From Lama guanicoe (Eukaryota), in assembly GCA_013239625.1 (NCBI GenBank), contig MU053994.1:4698645-4736701 (forward strand): 38,057 nt of DNA, given 5' to 3'. Under the pieces are notes generated by a model. It saw only the letters and a list, made by a program, of their open reading frames with translations. It searched no databases and was not told the origin of the DNA. Shown in pieces: positions 24,120 through 36,864 of this stretch (position 1 is its first letter; every line of letters begins with the position of its first letter). The position numbers and the translations under genes are program-made.

Positions 24120-24484
24120 AAATTGCCCATTAGGAGTCTCACATTGGGCAGAAATGGCCCAGCTCTCATATTACTGTTGTGCTCAGTGGGGAAGAGCCTC
24201 AAAGAAGATGCCATGACACGAATTCTCCAGAACCTCACTTTTGCTCAGAAACTCCTCACTAGCCTAACAGAAACTCACTCAGATTTGGCTATAGTCTGAG
24301 GGTCATGCTATCCAATTCTTCCTTTATTCTCCTTTGCAAGCATCAGACTTGCATTGTGGTCTGAAGGCTCTCCTCATCTACTCCTGCTCTTTCTCCCTTC
24401 ACCCTTCATATGTTCTTCCTCAGTACATCTCTTGCACATCTAATCCCTTCTTCATTTCTGCTTCTCTGAAAACTTTAATCAATA
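24120..24484. mobile_element. LTR16-like fragments
   Basis: gggcagaaatggccc and tctcttgcacatctaatccc...tctgcttctc are LTR16 motifs. Confidence 0.55.
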
Positions 24485-25790
24485 TATTATCCAAGAAAAT
24501 TCTGTCCAAAGAAATAATTCCAGAGTCAAGATTAGCAAGAGCTCATAAGACATTCTAGAATTACAGGGGAAACTTAAAACATTATAGTCTTCCATTAGTA
24601 TGATGGTAAATGAGCAGCTTATTATCAAAGAATATGTTCTTGTTCAACACTGAATATAAAAAGTAAGAACTTGTATATAATACATTATTATGAAAAAATA
24701 ACACCACCTCCATAATTAGGAAAAGGTAGATTTTCCTGGCACATTGTCAATATTGTAACTAATGCTTTGCTGCTATCAAAGCAAGTTACTTGCAAGTTCA
24801 ATGCATAGCAAATGATTTTCATGACCCTGGTCATCTAAGTTCAAACAAAAAAGGTTAAAATTGTTAGTGCTGAAAGTGACAATTTGTCCCAGCACTGTAT
24901 TTGCTATTCAAAATCAGGGGTATATATTCTGTTTTTGAAGTCTGAATCTTTAAAGACACCAGAGGCAGTTTCTCAGAACTTCCAGGAATAGCAATGAACC
25001 TACATGAATCAGAACAGGTAGTAAGTAAGTTTCTCATCCACACAGCAATTACACCTATCTTAAACTAAGAAGTTTCCATCATATAGGAGGAAGGTGACTC
25101 AGCTCTCAGAATAAATTTTCTTCTAGGCTCAGAGTACAGGCACATATGACTGGAAACACTATAGATCAGGCTACACTTGTAAGGCACACAGGTTGTCACA
25201 TTCGTGGGACCCACACACTCCTGCTCTCCTGACTATTCCTTATCTTTTCAGTCACTGTACCAGACTCTCTGACTATGATTCACTTCTTTGGCTTAAAAAA
25301 GGACCCACAAAGACAGCTTTAATTTCTGAGAAAGTTTTAAAAGCATTTAATCAAACTATCAAAGCAGCAAAGATTTTCATATTGTTTGTCCTTAGGATAA
25401 GGAGAAAGAAAAAAGATAGAAAAGGAAGAAAAACCAGGGGGAAAGGTCACAGTACAGGAACGTGTAGTGTGAAGGCCCAGCTACAGGGCAATGGGAAAAG
25501 TAAACAAACTGTAGCTTGGACCCCAGCAGTCAGGGAGATACATAAGGTCTTAAAAGGCTGAAAGGCTTTACCCAGGGCCATGCCTACATAAGCAGAAGGC
25601 AAAAAATTTAGCTGCCCCAGGCAAAGAAGCAGATGTCAAGAAAATTTATATTTTAGAGTACTCTAGTAAATGAGTTGGAGTCAAACGCTATTGTTAGACT
25701 TGAGAATCATATATTAAGCAAAAAATCTTATTACCAGCAGGCTGAAACCACAGCCATGACTTTAATTCAGCATTGTTAACAATTTTAAAA
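24485..25790 (+). pseudogene. EBLL: Endogenous bornavirus-like L, element 2, N-terminal region to pre-motif A
   Basis: LSKEIIPESRLARA (24502) vs LPPEVYPIGVLIRA; KTL*SSI (24576-24596) vs KTLYSSV; GYTCK vs GYVSK; LFSHCTRLSDYD...PTKTALISEK vs LFEKVVILRIAD...PDFNDIVSDK; LAAPGKEADVK (25608) vs LVPKEKELKVK; TAMTL (25750) vs HSMTM. Confidence 0.85.
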
Positions 25791-26405
25791 AGGATAATTT
25801 AATGGCAAGCCTTGCCCATTAGGAAAAGTAATAGATTGTCAACTGCACTTTCTATCCTGGATTTATAGGGGAACTGTCCCCAAGAGCATAAGAACCATGT
25901 GAAAGTGAAGATATATTTTAGCAAGTCCGCTTCTAAAGATACATCCAAAAAGAATAGGACATGTCCAAAGGTGTTGAGAAAAATTATGCAAAACTTGGAA
26001 ATAATGCAAAAGAATTAAATCATGTCTTTTTCAATGTCATATTGGAGTGTCTTCTAAAAGACCTATTCATAGTTTATTTAAGCATGTAGGAAAATATACC
26101 ATTCCCTTCCATTTACTATTATTTTGGGTCAAGACCATGTAGTTACATGTTAGCATACAGACTTTTGTCTCATAGAGAGGGAGGTGATTTTATTTTTCAG
26201 TAGAAAAAAATAATCCCCAGGGTGTTGTGTTGCCCCATAAGCCATCAACAGTTTTGCATCTGCATCTAATTTAGCAATCTTATGCAAGCATTCTTTCAGG
26301 GCCTACATGTATTAAATCACTTGACTTATCCTTTGAACTAGTTTTATCAACTTGCTGGTTCCCTCAATAATTAGTTAAATATTTGACATGAACTTGCTAC
26401 ATTTA

Positions 26406-26632
26406 CAGTTGACTTGAACAACTTGGGGGCTAGGAGCACCTACCCCTGTGCAGCCAAAAATCTGAGTAAAACTTTACGGTCAGCCCTGCATATATGCGAT
26501 TCTTCCATATGTGAGGTTCTACACAGATTCAACTAACCATGGATTGTGTAATACTTAAATATTTATTTTTTAAAAAATCTCTGTATAAGTGGGCCTGTGC
26601 AGTTCAAACCCATGTTGTTCAAGGGTCAACTG
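26406..26632 (+). mobile_element. MER8/Tigger-type non-autonomous Tc1-mariner element
   Basis: TIRs cagttgacttgaacaac ... gttgttcaagggtcaactg, flanked by TA on both sides. Confidence 0.9.
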
Positions 26633-26744
26633 TATATAAGTCATGTTTTAAATGTTAAAATATATGTACATATATTGACAAAGATTAGGCATCAGGATGT
26701 TTACAAAAGCATGGTTCAAACAAAAACAGTAGACTTGTAATACT

Positions 26745-29700
26745 GGACAAGATGGAGGAGGTATGATAACCTTATTCTTCACACTAAATACAGCCAAAAA
26801 CACTCTAAATAATATATGAGTAAACATTCAAAGTACTGAATGATGAAGAGAAGGCAGACTATCTAGGGACCTCAGATTTGAGAGATAACATGGAGGTGAG
26901 TTTCTTGGGTTTTATTTTTACCTCCTATATATATGGACTAGGCTTAAGAGAAGTCCACAATCTGGAAACAGAAATGAGAAAGACAAAAAGGCCTCAGGAG
27001 AAGCTTGCTATCACTAGCCAAAAGAATAATAACAGGTAGTTTAACAAGACAGAAATATTTTTATAATATTCACCCTATTGTGGTCAAACACCACTGAAAA
27101 ATATGTGAATCTCCCTTTGCCCCCCATCAGCAGAGACTAAGTAGGGAGCATGGACTTCTCCCTCCACTTGGGAGTAGAGAGGTAGTGATCTGAACACTAA
27201 AGAAAGATATGCTGAAAACAGCTAGAGAGAAGTCGCACATAGTTAATTAATACAATAATTATTTGAATGACAGAGGATTTCTCTTTGGAAACCATGGAGG
27301 CCAGATGACATAGGAACAACATTTTTAAAGTAATAAAAGAAAAAAAAAGTATGCACCCAGACTTCTCTACACAATGAAAATATTCCTTAGGAATAAAGGT
27401 GAAATAATACTCTCAGATGAAAGAAAACTAAAAGTATTTGTCATCAGATACCTATTTTATTTTTATTTTTTTTACAATGCAGACTGCATTTATTTATTTA
27501 TTTAGCTATTTAACTTTTTTGATTGAGTTATAATCATTTTACAATACTGTGTCAAATTCCAGTGTAGAGTGCAATTTTTCAGTTATACATGAACATACAT
27601 ATAATCATTGTCACTTTTTTCACTGAGCTACTACAAGATCTTGTATATATTTCCCTGTGCTATACAGTATAACCTTGTTTATCTATTTTAAATATGACTG
27701 TCAGTATCTACAAATTTTGAAGTCCCATTCTGTCCCTTCCCACCCCCTTGGCAACCACAAGTTTGTATTCTATGTCTATGAGTCTGTTTCTGTTTTGTAT
27801 TTATGCTTTGCTTGTTTGTTTGTTTGTTTAGATTCCACATATGAGCGATCTCATATGGTATTTTTCTTTCTCTTTCTGGCTTACTTCACTTAGAATGACA
27901 TTTTCCAGGAACATCCATGTTGCTGCAAATGGCATTATGTTGTCAGTTTTTATGGCTGAATAGTATTCTGTTGTATAAATATACCACTTCTTCTTTAACC
28001 AGTCATCTGTTGATGGACATTTAGGCTGTTTCCATGTCTTGGCTATTGTAAACAGTGCTGCTATGAACATTGGGGTGCCGGTGTCTTTTTGAAGTAGGGT
28101 TCATTCTGGATATATGCCCAGGAGCGGGATTCCTGGGTCACACAGTAAGTCTATTCCTAGTCTTTTGAGGAATCTCCATACTGCTTTCCACAGTGGCTGC
28201 ACCAAACTGCACTCCCACCAGTAGTGTAGGAGGGTTCCCTTTTGTCCACAGCCTCTCCAGCATTTATCGTTTGTGGATTTTTGAATGATGGCCATTCTCA
28301 CTGGTGTGAAGTGATACCTCATTGTAGTTTCAATTTGCATTTCTCTGATAATTAATGATATTGAGCATTTTTTCATGTGCCTAGTGATCTCCACAGAAAA
28401 ACTGCTAGAACTAATCGAGGAATTCAGCAAGGCAGCAGGTTTCAAGATTAATGTACAAAAATCAGTTGCATTTCTTTACACTAATGATGAATCAACAGGA
28501 AAAGAAAGTAAAGAAACAATCCCCTTAAAATAGCACCCAAAGTAATAAAATATCTAGGAATAAATCTAACCAAGGAGGTGAAAGACTTATATACAGAAAA
28601 CTATAAAATATTGATAAAGGAAATTAAAGAAGACTTTAAAAAATGGAAAGATATCCCGTGCTCCTGGATTGGAAGAATCAATATTGTTAAAATGGTCACA
28701 CTGCCCAAGGCAATCTACAGATTTAATGCAATCCCTATCAAATTACCCAGGACATATTTCACAGAACTAGAACAAATCATAATAAAATTTATATGGAACC
28801 ATCAAAGACCTAGAATTGCCAAAGCATTACTGAAGAGAAAGAAAGAGGCTGGAGGAATAACTCTCCCAGACTTCAGACAATACTACAGAGCTACAGTCAT
28901 CAAGACAGAATGGTGTTGGTACAAAAACAGACATATAGACCAATGGAACAGAATAGAGAGCCCAGAAATGAACCCACAAACTTTTGGTCAACTCATCTTT
29001 GACAAAGGAAGCAAGAATATACAATGGAATAAAGACAGTCTCTTCAGCAAATGGTGTTGGGAAAACTGGACAACAGCATGTAAATCAATGAAGCTAGAAC
29101 ACTCCCTTACACCATATACAAAAATCAACTCAAAATGGATCAAAGACTTAAACATAAGACAAGATACAATAAACCTCCTAGAGGAAAACATAGGCAAAAC
29201 ATTATCTGACATACATTTCAAAAATTTTCTCCTAGAAGAAATAAAAGCAAGAAAACAAATGGGACCTAATGAAACTTACAAGCTTCTGCACAGCAAAGGA
29301 AACCATAAGCAAAACAAAACTACAGCCTATGGAATGGGAGAAAATATTTGCAAATGAAACCAACAAAGGCTTGATCTCCAGAATGTATAAGGAGCTCATA
29401 TGACATAATAAGAAAGAAACAAACAACCCAATCCAAAAATGGACAGAAGACCTAAACAAGAATCCTCCAAGGAAGACATACTAATGATCAATAGGCACCA
29501 GGTACCTATTTTAAAATAATATCTAAAGAATGTTCTTCAAATAGCAGAAGTGATAAAAGAATGAAACATAGAAAATCATAAAGAATGAATGATGAAAAGG
29601 GTACAAATATTGGTAAATATAAATGAGTATCCTCCACCTGCTGAATTTGTTAAATTATATTTGATATTTGAAGCATAAGTTATCATATTATCCGATGTGG

Positions 29701-29780
29701 TTTTTGTATATTTAAAACAATTAGATCATAAAGAAGGAAGGTAAATTCAAGTAGTAAAATGTCAACACCAGTAGATAGTG
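26745..29780 (+). mobile_element. Old L1MC-like 5' end/ORF1, interrupted by a young L1 (27460-29498)
   Basis: caagatgg start and ORF1-end motifs ggaaaccatggaggccaga and aataaaggtgaaataa; the sequence resumes after 29513. Confidence 0.65.
27460..29498 (-). mobile_element. Young L1 with 5' inversion (3' part minus 27460-28389, inverted ORF2 plus 28389-29498)
   Basis: 259-aa ORF2 frame at 28578-29357; TSD cagatacctatttta (27445-27459) / caggtacctatttta (29499-29513). Confidence 0.95.
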
Positions 29781-29784
29781 ATCT

Positions 29785-29936
29785 GAGCCTTTGTGTCTGT
29801 TCATTCATAGTTCAACACTCCACAAGTATCATTCTAAGAGCCAGAGACACATCATGGAACAAAGTACTCCATTTCTGACTTTAATCATTTTACATTTTAC
29901 CTGTGAGTTCACATTGTTTGACTGCCTTTTTCCATC
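29785..29936 (+). pseudogene. EBLL: Endogenous bornavirus-like L, element 2, RdRp motif A region
   Basis: SIILRARDTSWNKVLHF*L* (29825) vs [20 protein letters not shown]; LFDC (29914) vs MFNC. Confidence 0.55.
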
Positions 29937-30744
29937 TGTGGTATAAGGAGAAATATATATTTGGCCTTTGTCTCTGGTTCCTGACACAGAGCACCTAAAA
30001 ATCTTGGAATGTCCTGAGTGATAGGAGTGTCTTTTGTTATTCATAATGAGTCCCTTTCACCATACTTGAGTTTATGATTATAAAGTTATTCTTGGTGGGC
30101 CCCTAGATAGCTTCAGGATGTGGGGCGGCTGGTTGTCAAGGGAACCAACCAGGTGATTAAAGAGTTGAAACTTTCAGCCCCACCCCCTGTTCTCCGGGGA
30201 AGGTAGAGGGGTTGGAGTTTGAGTCCAATCACCAATGGCCAATGATCTAATCAATCATAGCTACATAATGAAACCTCTATAAAAACCCCAAACAGTGGGG
30301 CTCAGAGAGCTTCTAGGTTGGTGAACACACAGAAGATGACATGGAAACTCTGTGCCCTTCTCCCACACCTTGCCCTATGCATCAGTTCTATTTGGCTGTT
30401 CCTAAGTTTTATCCTTTATAATAAACCAGTAATAGTAAGTAAAGTACTTTCCTGACTTTTGTGAGTGATTCTAGCAAATTATCAAACCCAAATGGGGGTC
30501 ATGGAACCCCCTGAATTTATAGTCAGCTGGACATAAATATAAGTCACTGGGCACTCCATTTGTAGCTGGTGTTCAATGTTGGGGGCAGCCTTATACTGAG
30601 CCCTTAATCTGTGGGATCTGACCTTACCTCCAGGAGTCAGTGTCAGAATTGAATTGAATTGTTGGACATTCAGTTGGTGTCAGAGAATTGGAGAATTGGT
30701 GTTGGGAAAGACACCATATATTTTGTGTCTGGGGAAAAAGTTCA
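29937..30744 (+). mobile_element. MER21-family LTR
   Basis: ggttcctgacacagagc, tagatagcttcaggatg, caatcaccaatggccaatgat and gtgtcagaattgaattgaatt are MER21 hallmarks. Confidence 0.85.
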
Positions 30745-30940
30745 CCAATATTTTCACTGTTTATTAATCGGATTAACTGGTAAAGGAAGGTGGAAAAGGT
30801 TTAGAGCACTATTCATCAACTGGGAGGTTAGGCTGAGAATGGGCTACCATCGATGCCATGCCACGAGAGAACCACTGGCTAGGACCCTCTTGATGATGTG
30901 AGAGATTAGTCTTTTGAATATTTAAAAGCTTTGGCTCAGA
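30745..30940 (+). pseudogene. EBLL: Endogenous bornavirus-like L, element 2, RdRp motif B region
   Basis: Gapless REPLARTLLMM*EISLL (30866-30916) vs RQKLWTILTSCWEIIAL, with TGA at the W position. Confidence 0.6.
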
Positions 30941-30945
30941 TTTCC

Positions 30946-31690
30946 ACTTCCACTTCTGATTAAAATAGAGTAGCAAGGATTATACTTACCCTCCAACCTC
31001 AAAAATAAAACTTGACTAAATATGCAAAATTACAGTTTTTAAGACATTGGGCATCAGGCAAAGAAGAACAGTGATTTCCTGAGAGACTAGTAACAAGGTG
31101 ACTCCTACAACTGACCCATCTTACTGCCTTGAGAGAGTTTCCAGACCTTGGTGCAGGGAGGGGGAACTGAGTTGGAGCCAAGCAGACCCAGATTTGAAAA
31201 GATAAAGCTGAGAACCCAGGAAGATCAAGGAAGCCAGAGTTTGTACACAGAGTACCATAGAGGAGGGAGCTTCACAGAGAGAAAACTACAGAGACATGTA
31301 GAGGGATCCCCTTGAATATTAAGTACCATCTGAAAGTATTAGAGGAAACAGTGCCTGACTCCACCAGCCTGAGTGGAAAAAAATAATAATTTATAAGGCA
31401 TTGTGAAGAACACTTAGAAAGATCTTGCCACAGGAGTGGAGAATTATTAGCCCAAGATTGAGTAGTGTTTCAGAACGAACCTCGTAACAAATCATAAAAG
31501 CAAGACCTGAAAAGGTTAAACTGTTTCCCAGGTAACATAACTATATTCTAGAACAAACCTCAAGAAAATTTACAGCAATACAAAAATACCCAGCACCCAA
31601 TGTAGTAAAATACACAATGTCTGGCATCCAATCAGTTATTATAGGGCATGCAAAGGAACAGGAACACATGACTCATAATGAGCAAAAATA
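30946..31690 (+). mobile_element. Old L1M 5' UTR fragment
   Basis: acttccacttctg start, aagacattgggcatcaggca, ttactgccttgagagagtttccag and acaatgtctggcatccaatca. Confidence 0.7.
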
Positions 31691-31708
31691 TGTACAATGC
31701 ATAATAGC

Positions 31709-32115
31709 CATGATGGTTAGGTTTATGTGTCAATGTAGCTAGGCTATAGTACCCAGTTGTTCAATTAATCTCTAATATAGGTGTCACTGTTAAGTTTTTT
31801 AGTAGATGTAATTAATGTCTATAATCAAATGACTTTAAAAGATATTATCCTAGATAATCTAGGTGGGGCTGATTCAATCAGATAAAAGGCCTTAAGAGCA
31901 AAACTGAGGTTTCCCTGAGGAAGAAGAAATAGTCTCTGTGGACTGCAGTGTCAGTTCCTGCCCAAGGGTTTCCAGCCTTCCAGCCTGATCTGCACATTAC
32001 AGACTTGCTAGCCCCCACAATCTCATGAGCAGATTCCTTGAAATAAATTTCTTGCTATTAGATAGATAGTCAGTCCTACTGGTACTGTTTCTCTGGTAGG
32101 ACTGTGACTGATACA
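31709..32115 (+). mobile_element. MLT2D-like solo LTR
   Basis: tgatggttaggtttatgtgtcaa ... ctgtttctctggtaggactgtgactgataca. Confidence 0.9.
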
Positions 32116-33285
32116 GGAGTTGTTCTTTTTCCTTTTAGCCTATCATGGGTATAAAAAACATCCCTCACTATCTGAACTCACTATCTAAATATTCACAACT
32201 TAGAAGTGTTCACAATAATTTATTATTAAAATTGAAAATCTTTAATAGTTAATGTGTGTGCCAGGGAAAACATTTAAGTTAGGTGCCAAGTTTGCATGGT
32301 AGGTACTGTGTTCCAATGGTACCACAGCTGTCCTCCCCATAGGACTGAAACTCTTGATTGTGCCATTTAAACATGATGCAATACGGTAATTATCTTTCCT
32401 ACATTAAGTAAAACCATCTGTATCAGTTTCCTATGGCTGCCATAACAAAGTATCACAAACTAGGTGTCTTTAAACAACAGATATATATCTTACAGTTCTG
32501 GAGGCTAGACATCTGAAATCAAGGTGTTGGCAAGGCCATGCTTTCTCTGAAGGTGCTAAGGAAAAATCTGGCCCATGCTTTTCCTCTTAACTTCTGGGGT
32601 TGCCTGTAATCCTTGGTGTTCCTTGACTTGTAGACACATCATTTCAATCTCTACCTCTGCCTTCACATGGCATTCTCATTTGTGTGTGTGTGTTTTCCTC
32701 TTATAACAGCACCAGTTATATGGAATGAGTGCCCACTCTAATCCAGTATGACCCCATCCTAACTTGATGACATATTCAAAGACCCTATTTCCAAACAAAT
32801 TCACATTTACAGGTACCAGGGGTTAGGATTTTAGCACATCTTTCTGGGGAACATAATTCAACCCACACGCCATCTGAATAAGTGGAAAAGCAACTTGAAG
32901 TAAATGTCTAACATGATTCCATTAATTAAACGAAGAAGAGGCATAGATACTTGATGCCAAACCCTTAACATTTATTTTTAATAGTGATCATGTCTATGTA
33001 ATGATAAACAAAGTCAATACCTTCCAAGATGCAATTAGAAATCCAGTCTCATTATCAGGAGCAGTATCATTGCAAGCAAAATTAATAACAAACAATTGTC
33101 CAATTTCAGTTGCTTTATTTACGGTTCCAATGATGGCTTACAACCTGCAGTGCCTGAGTGCCAAAAAAACAAGAGACTGTTCAGTAATTTCCTTTGATTT
33201 GGATGTGGTTGACAGCAGGCATTTACTATATCACTCACTCCTTCAAAGGCTCGCACTTTATCATCTGCACCCACTGAGCAGCCCG
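32116..33285 (+). pseudogene. EBLL: Endogenous bornavirus-like L, element 2, motif C/D region to region IV (interrupted by MLT1C)
   Basis: HGYKK (32144) at the expected QGDNQ position; IKIE vs LKVE; LPIGLKLL vs VPGCLKQL; FPTLSK vs FPNLYSK; MINKV...NPVSL (33040) vs LVNRV...DPTSL. Confidence 0.65.
32419..32869 (-). mobile_element. MLT1C-like MaLR solo LTR
   Basis: tgtatcagtttcctatggctgccataacaaag...ataattcaaccc; perfect 5-bp TSD ccatc (32414-32418 / 32870-32874). Confidence 0.9.
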
Positions 33286-34399
33286 GTGCCTCAGAATCAA
33301 AGCAAGAAAACAGAAGCTACTTCAAGTATGTGCAATAGATGGAATTTAACAATGAATTGTTCATCCGAATAACAGAGGAAGTGAGAAGCTAACAGACTGG
33401 TGAAGCAACCTAGAGAGGAGCAAAGCCAGGAGCCAATGAAAACTCTCTTGATCCACTAGGCTAAGTGAAAAGGAGAATTCTCACAGGTCAGGGCCATAGT
33501 CAGCTGGCAGAAGCTGAAACTATAGCAGAAGTTAGGTCTCAGGAAGAAATGGAGACACTGCTAAAGAAGTGCCTGAGGCAGAGAAGAACACGGCAAAATA
33601 TCTTAACTTCTTCCTTCTCCCCTCCCACCAATCTTTGATCTCTCACCAGTGTCACAAGGAGCTGGTGTTGGCAGTTTACTCATCTCTGCCAGCCTAACTG
33701 ATAATATTAAAGGCAGCAAAGAAAACAGCAAGAGGGGTCAGCCTCCAGTAATCTCAAAGAAGTCACAAAAAGAGATGTGGAAAACCTCAGTTCAAAGCAT
33801 AATCTCACAACCCCTGAAAGTAACATGTGCCACCTTGCAAGGTAGCAGCTGGTTCACAAATTGAACACCAAGAGATCTGTGAGAGAGGAAGCAGGAGTAC
33901 TCATTGGAGAGTCTCCCTCAAAGGCTAATGTCATCTTCTACGGGTCCTTTGACAGACTATTCCTAGGTGGTCTCAGGTGGTCCATTTAACAATCATAGCA
34001 CAACTACATGACTGTTTTCAAATGTTGTGACTATGTGGCTACCACTTCAACACCTTTCAAGCCCACACTTGATTTCTTCCAGCTCAGTTTAAAGTCATAT
34101 CCACGCTAAGAGTATCTATGGAGTATCTGGGAAATGTGGTCAACAGCCACAGGAGACACTGTAAGCAGTTGAGCAGGAATATATCAGAGATGCACAAAAT
34201 GCCAAAATCTGGCTTTCTGCTAACATACATTTCCTCATTCCACAGACCTCAAATAGCTTTCATGTGCTGGGGACAGAGACAATTAAGATAATTCCCTGAC
34301 TCTTAAGAGATTATTATGTCCAGTTGCTGAGACAGACTTCATTATATTGAATTTTCAGTGTTGGCATATGAAGTATTTAACACAACCTGTGACAATACA

Positions 34400-36300
34400 A
34401 AACAAATGTCTGATGGTGCTGCATGAAGCAGATGGTATTCCTAATGGCATCTGAGGTCTATCATGCCTTAAGCAAAACCAAATGGCTTGACAGGCTATCA
34501 GGTATTACCTAGTATATCTTAGATATTAGGAGGCCTCACTGGGCTATTTGTAATCAAGAAGATAGCAGCTCAGCCTGCCACAGGAAAGCTAGAAATCCAA
34601 ATGGTCAGTTTTTGTATTACATCATGAAGGCATGAGACAAAGTTTTCTCAAGGCCCTGTTGAACTCCATTTGGAGCACAATTACTTGCAGGGAAAAGCTG
34701 AAAGCCACTTGGTGAGGATGAAGTTCTGCCCAACAGACTGGGCAAGCCCAAAGCTATAGCAAATGGACATAGGGTGGCTCCTGAGAAGTGGTATAACTCA
34801 TAATTTATGACATCCCCAAAGTTGGGACCCTATTTCTTCTCATGTGGTAGACGTTTGACCCATGCCATCAAATACCAACTACTCCAGACTGAGAACTACT
34901 AAAAGGCACTTTGGGTTAAACAGTGGATGTTTATCAACTTAAGTGATTAATTTCCTTAATCAAGGCAGCCCAATACTCTAATATAAATGTGAAAAAGAAC
35001 CGTACCAATGTCAGTTTGTTGGTTTTGACATTGTACTAGAGTTATGTAAGATATTACCACTAGGGGAAGATGGGTGAAGGGTACATGGGACTCTACTATT
35101 TTTGCAATTTCCCATGAATCTATAATTACATCAAAATAAAACTTTTTGTTATTATTTTAATGAAGTAAATAAGTCTCAGAGATCTTTCTCAAGGTCAGAG
35201 ATCCTTTGAAAACTTGTAATTAGATCCCTGGCCTCATAGAATAACTTAACTGATTAAGCACCCTTATTAAATATGCTGCCACAGTGGGAATGACCATGAC
35301 CCATGTGCTGCAGGCCAAAATAAGCAACCTATCTTTTACACTAGGGGTTAGGGATCCAAAGTATTATAATATCCATGGAATTTTAATTTGATTGGGAAAG
35401 CACCCATCTTTATTTTTACTAACCTCTAATTTAAATTTAGTACTTCTTCAGCTCATATATTCAAACCACTGCACCACTAGCAGAATCTATCAATCTGTCA
35501 CAATAGAAATCAGTTATTTTCATTCCACATTACCTTGTTGCAGATGTCAAATTTGCACTTATCACTACTTCAAAATTATGGTAGTAATTAGACAGCCACC
35601 AGTTGTCACCTAATCACTGTCTTTGTGTCTACAGATACTGGTACAAGGCAGTTGCCCAAATCTAGGTCAAGAAGACATTCAGCTACTGAGGAATCAGGTA
35701 GAAAGTTATTTCCTGGGTGACCAAGAAAGCCAAGTTGCTCCCAGTACTCCCTATCTAAAATTATTTTTCAACCTATACATGGAAGATTGTGAGTCATTCT
35801 AAGTTTTTGCAAAATTAGCACACACAAATGGGAACACAACTCTCTACAAGGCAACATGACTTTTGTAACAGACAGTGCATGGACTACAAGGGTGGGCCAA
35901 ACGAGTTCAAACACATCTGAGAGTTCAAGTAATTTTAAATAAGACATTTAAACAGTTATTACTAACAGATTGTGAAATGTTAACAGGTCACTCACAGGGT
36001 AAAAAGGCCAAGTAACAGATGTTTTTTCTCCTTATACTCTGGTTGGACATGGTTAGGAATTAAAGACATGCACAAAAGTGATAAAGGGTATTTTACAAGG
36101 GTTATTCATATACTACTCTGTGAAAAATACCCCACATTAAAAAAATCATTTTTGCAAGAAAACCAATTATACATGAAAACCATTTTTCTAGGATGGCCCA
36201 GAAGGCCACATACCTGGAATACTGGAAGAAGTTCTTTACCAAGATGGAGCTGCATTTCAAAATTCTATTTTACTGACAAAAGATAGCTGTTAATAATGGA
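34400..36300 (+). pseudogene. EBLL: Endogenous bornavirus-like L, element 2, capping domain to C-terminal region
   Basis: LSKTKWLDRLSGIT (W at 34483) vs LRRLTWGRDLVGVT; QGPVELHLEHN (34649) vs RGDQPLYLGSN; HQIPTTPD (34866) vs HRLPSRGD; KISNLSFTLGVRDPKY (35317) vs KIDSEEFVLACEPQY; DKGYFTRVIHILLC (36080) vs DPAYYERLLEMDLC. Confidence 0.85.
35000..35142 (+). mobile_element. L1MC-like 3' terminal fragment
   Basis: gtaccaatgtcagttt...gggtgaagggtacatgggactct...tcaaaataaaa. Confidence 0.7.
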
Positions 36301-36444
36301 AACATTGCAGAACTATTTCAAAAGGTTTTTTCTTGATGGTAAAATTGATGAGTTCATAATATTTTTTTAAATACAAAACTGTATCAAAAAAAACTATCAA
36401 AGAATTTGACTTAGGCAAAGATGACCTAATTTTTTTAAATAATG

Positions 36445-36864
36445 ACTTTCAGATATAATAAACATATAAAAATATTAACCCATTTAAAGTATTAAATTCA
36501 GTGGGTTTTTTTTCAGTATAATCAGGGGGTTGTACAACTATCACCACTATCTAATTTCCAAACATTTCATCATCCCAAGAAGAAACCTCATACCCATTAG
36601 CAGTCATTTCCCCATTCCCCTTCCCTCCCAGCCCTTGGCAAGCACTACTCTACTTTCTGTTTTTCTGGATTTGTTTATTCAAGACATTCCTATAAATGGA
36701 ATCACATAATATGTGGCCTTTTGTGACTGGCTTCTTTCACTTAGCATATTGTTTTCAAGGTTCATCCGTTTTATGGCTAAATAATATTCCACTGTATAGA
36801 TATGCCAAGTTATTTATCCATTCATCAATTGATGGACATTTTGGCTGTTCCACTTTTTGGCTAT
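36445..36864 (-). mobile_element. L1MB-like 3' end
   Basis: tgtacaactatcaccactatctaatttcca...cccattagcagtca...tgactggcttctttcacttagcat. Confidence 0.85.

Noticed and set aside
28578..29357. 259-aa ORF as a host gene
   Set aside because: It is an L1 ORF2 fragment in a truncated, inverted insertion. The same applies to the other long ORFs at 13281, 17308, 18345 and 37370.
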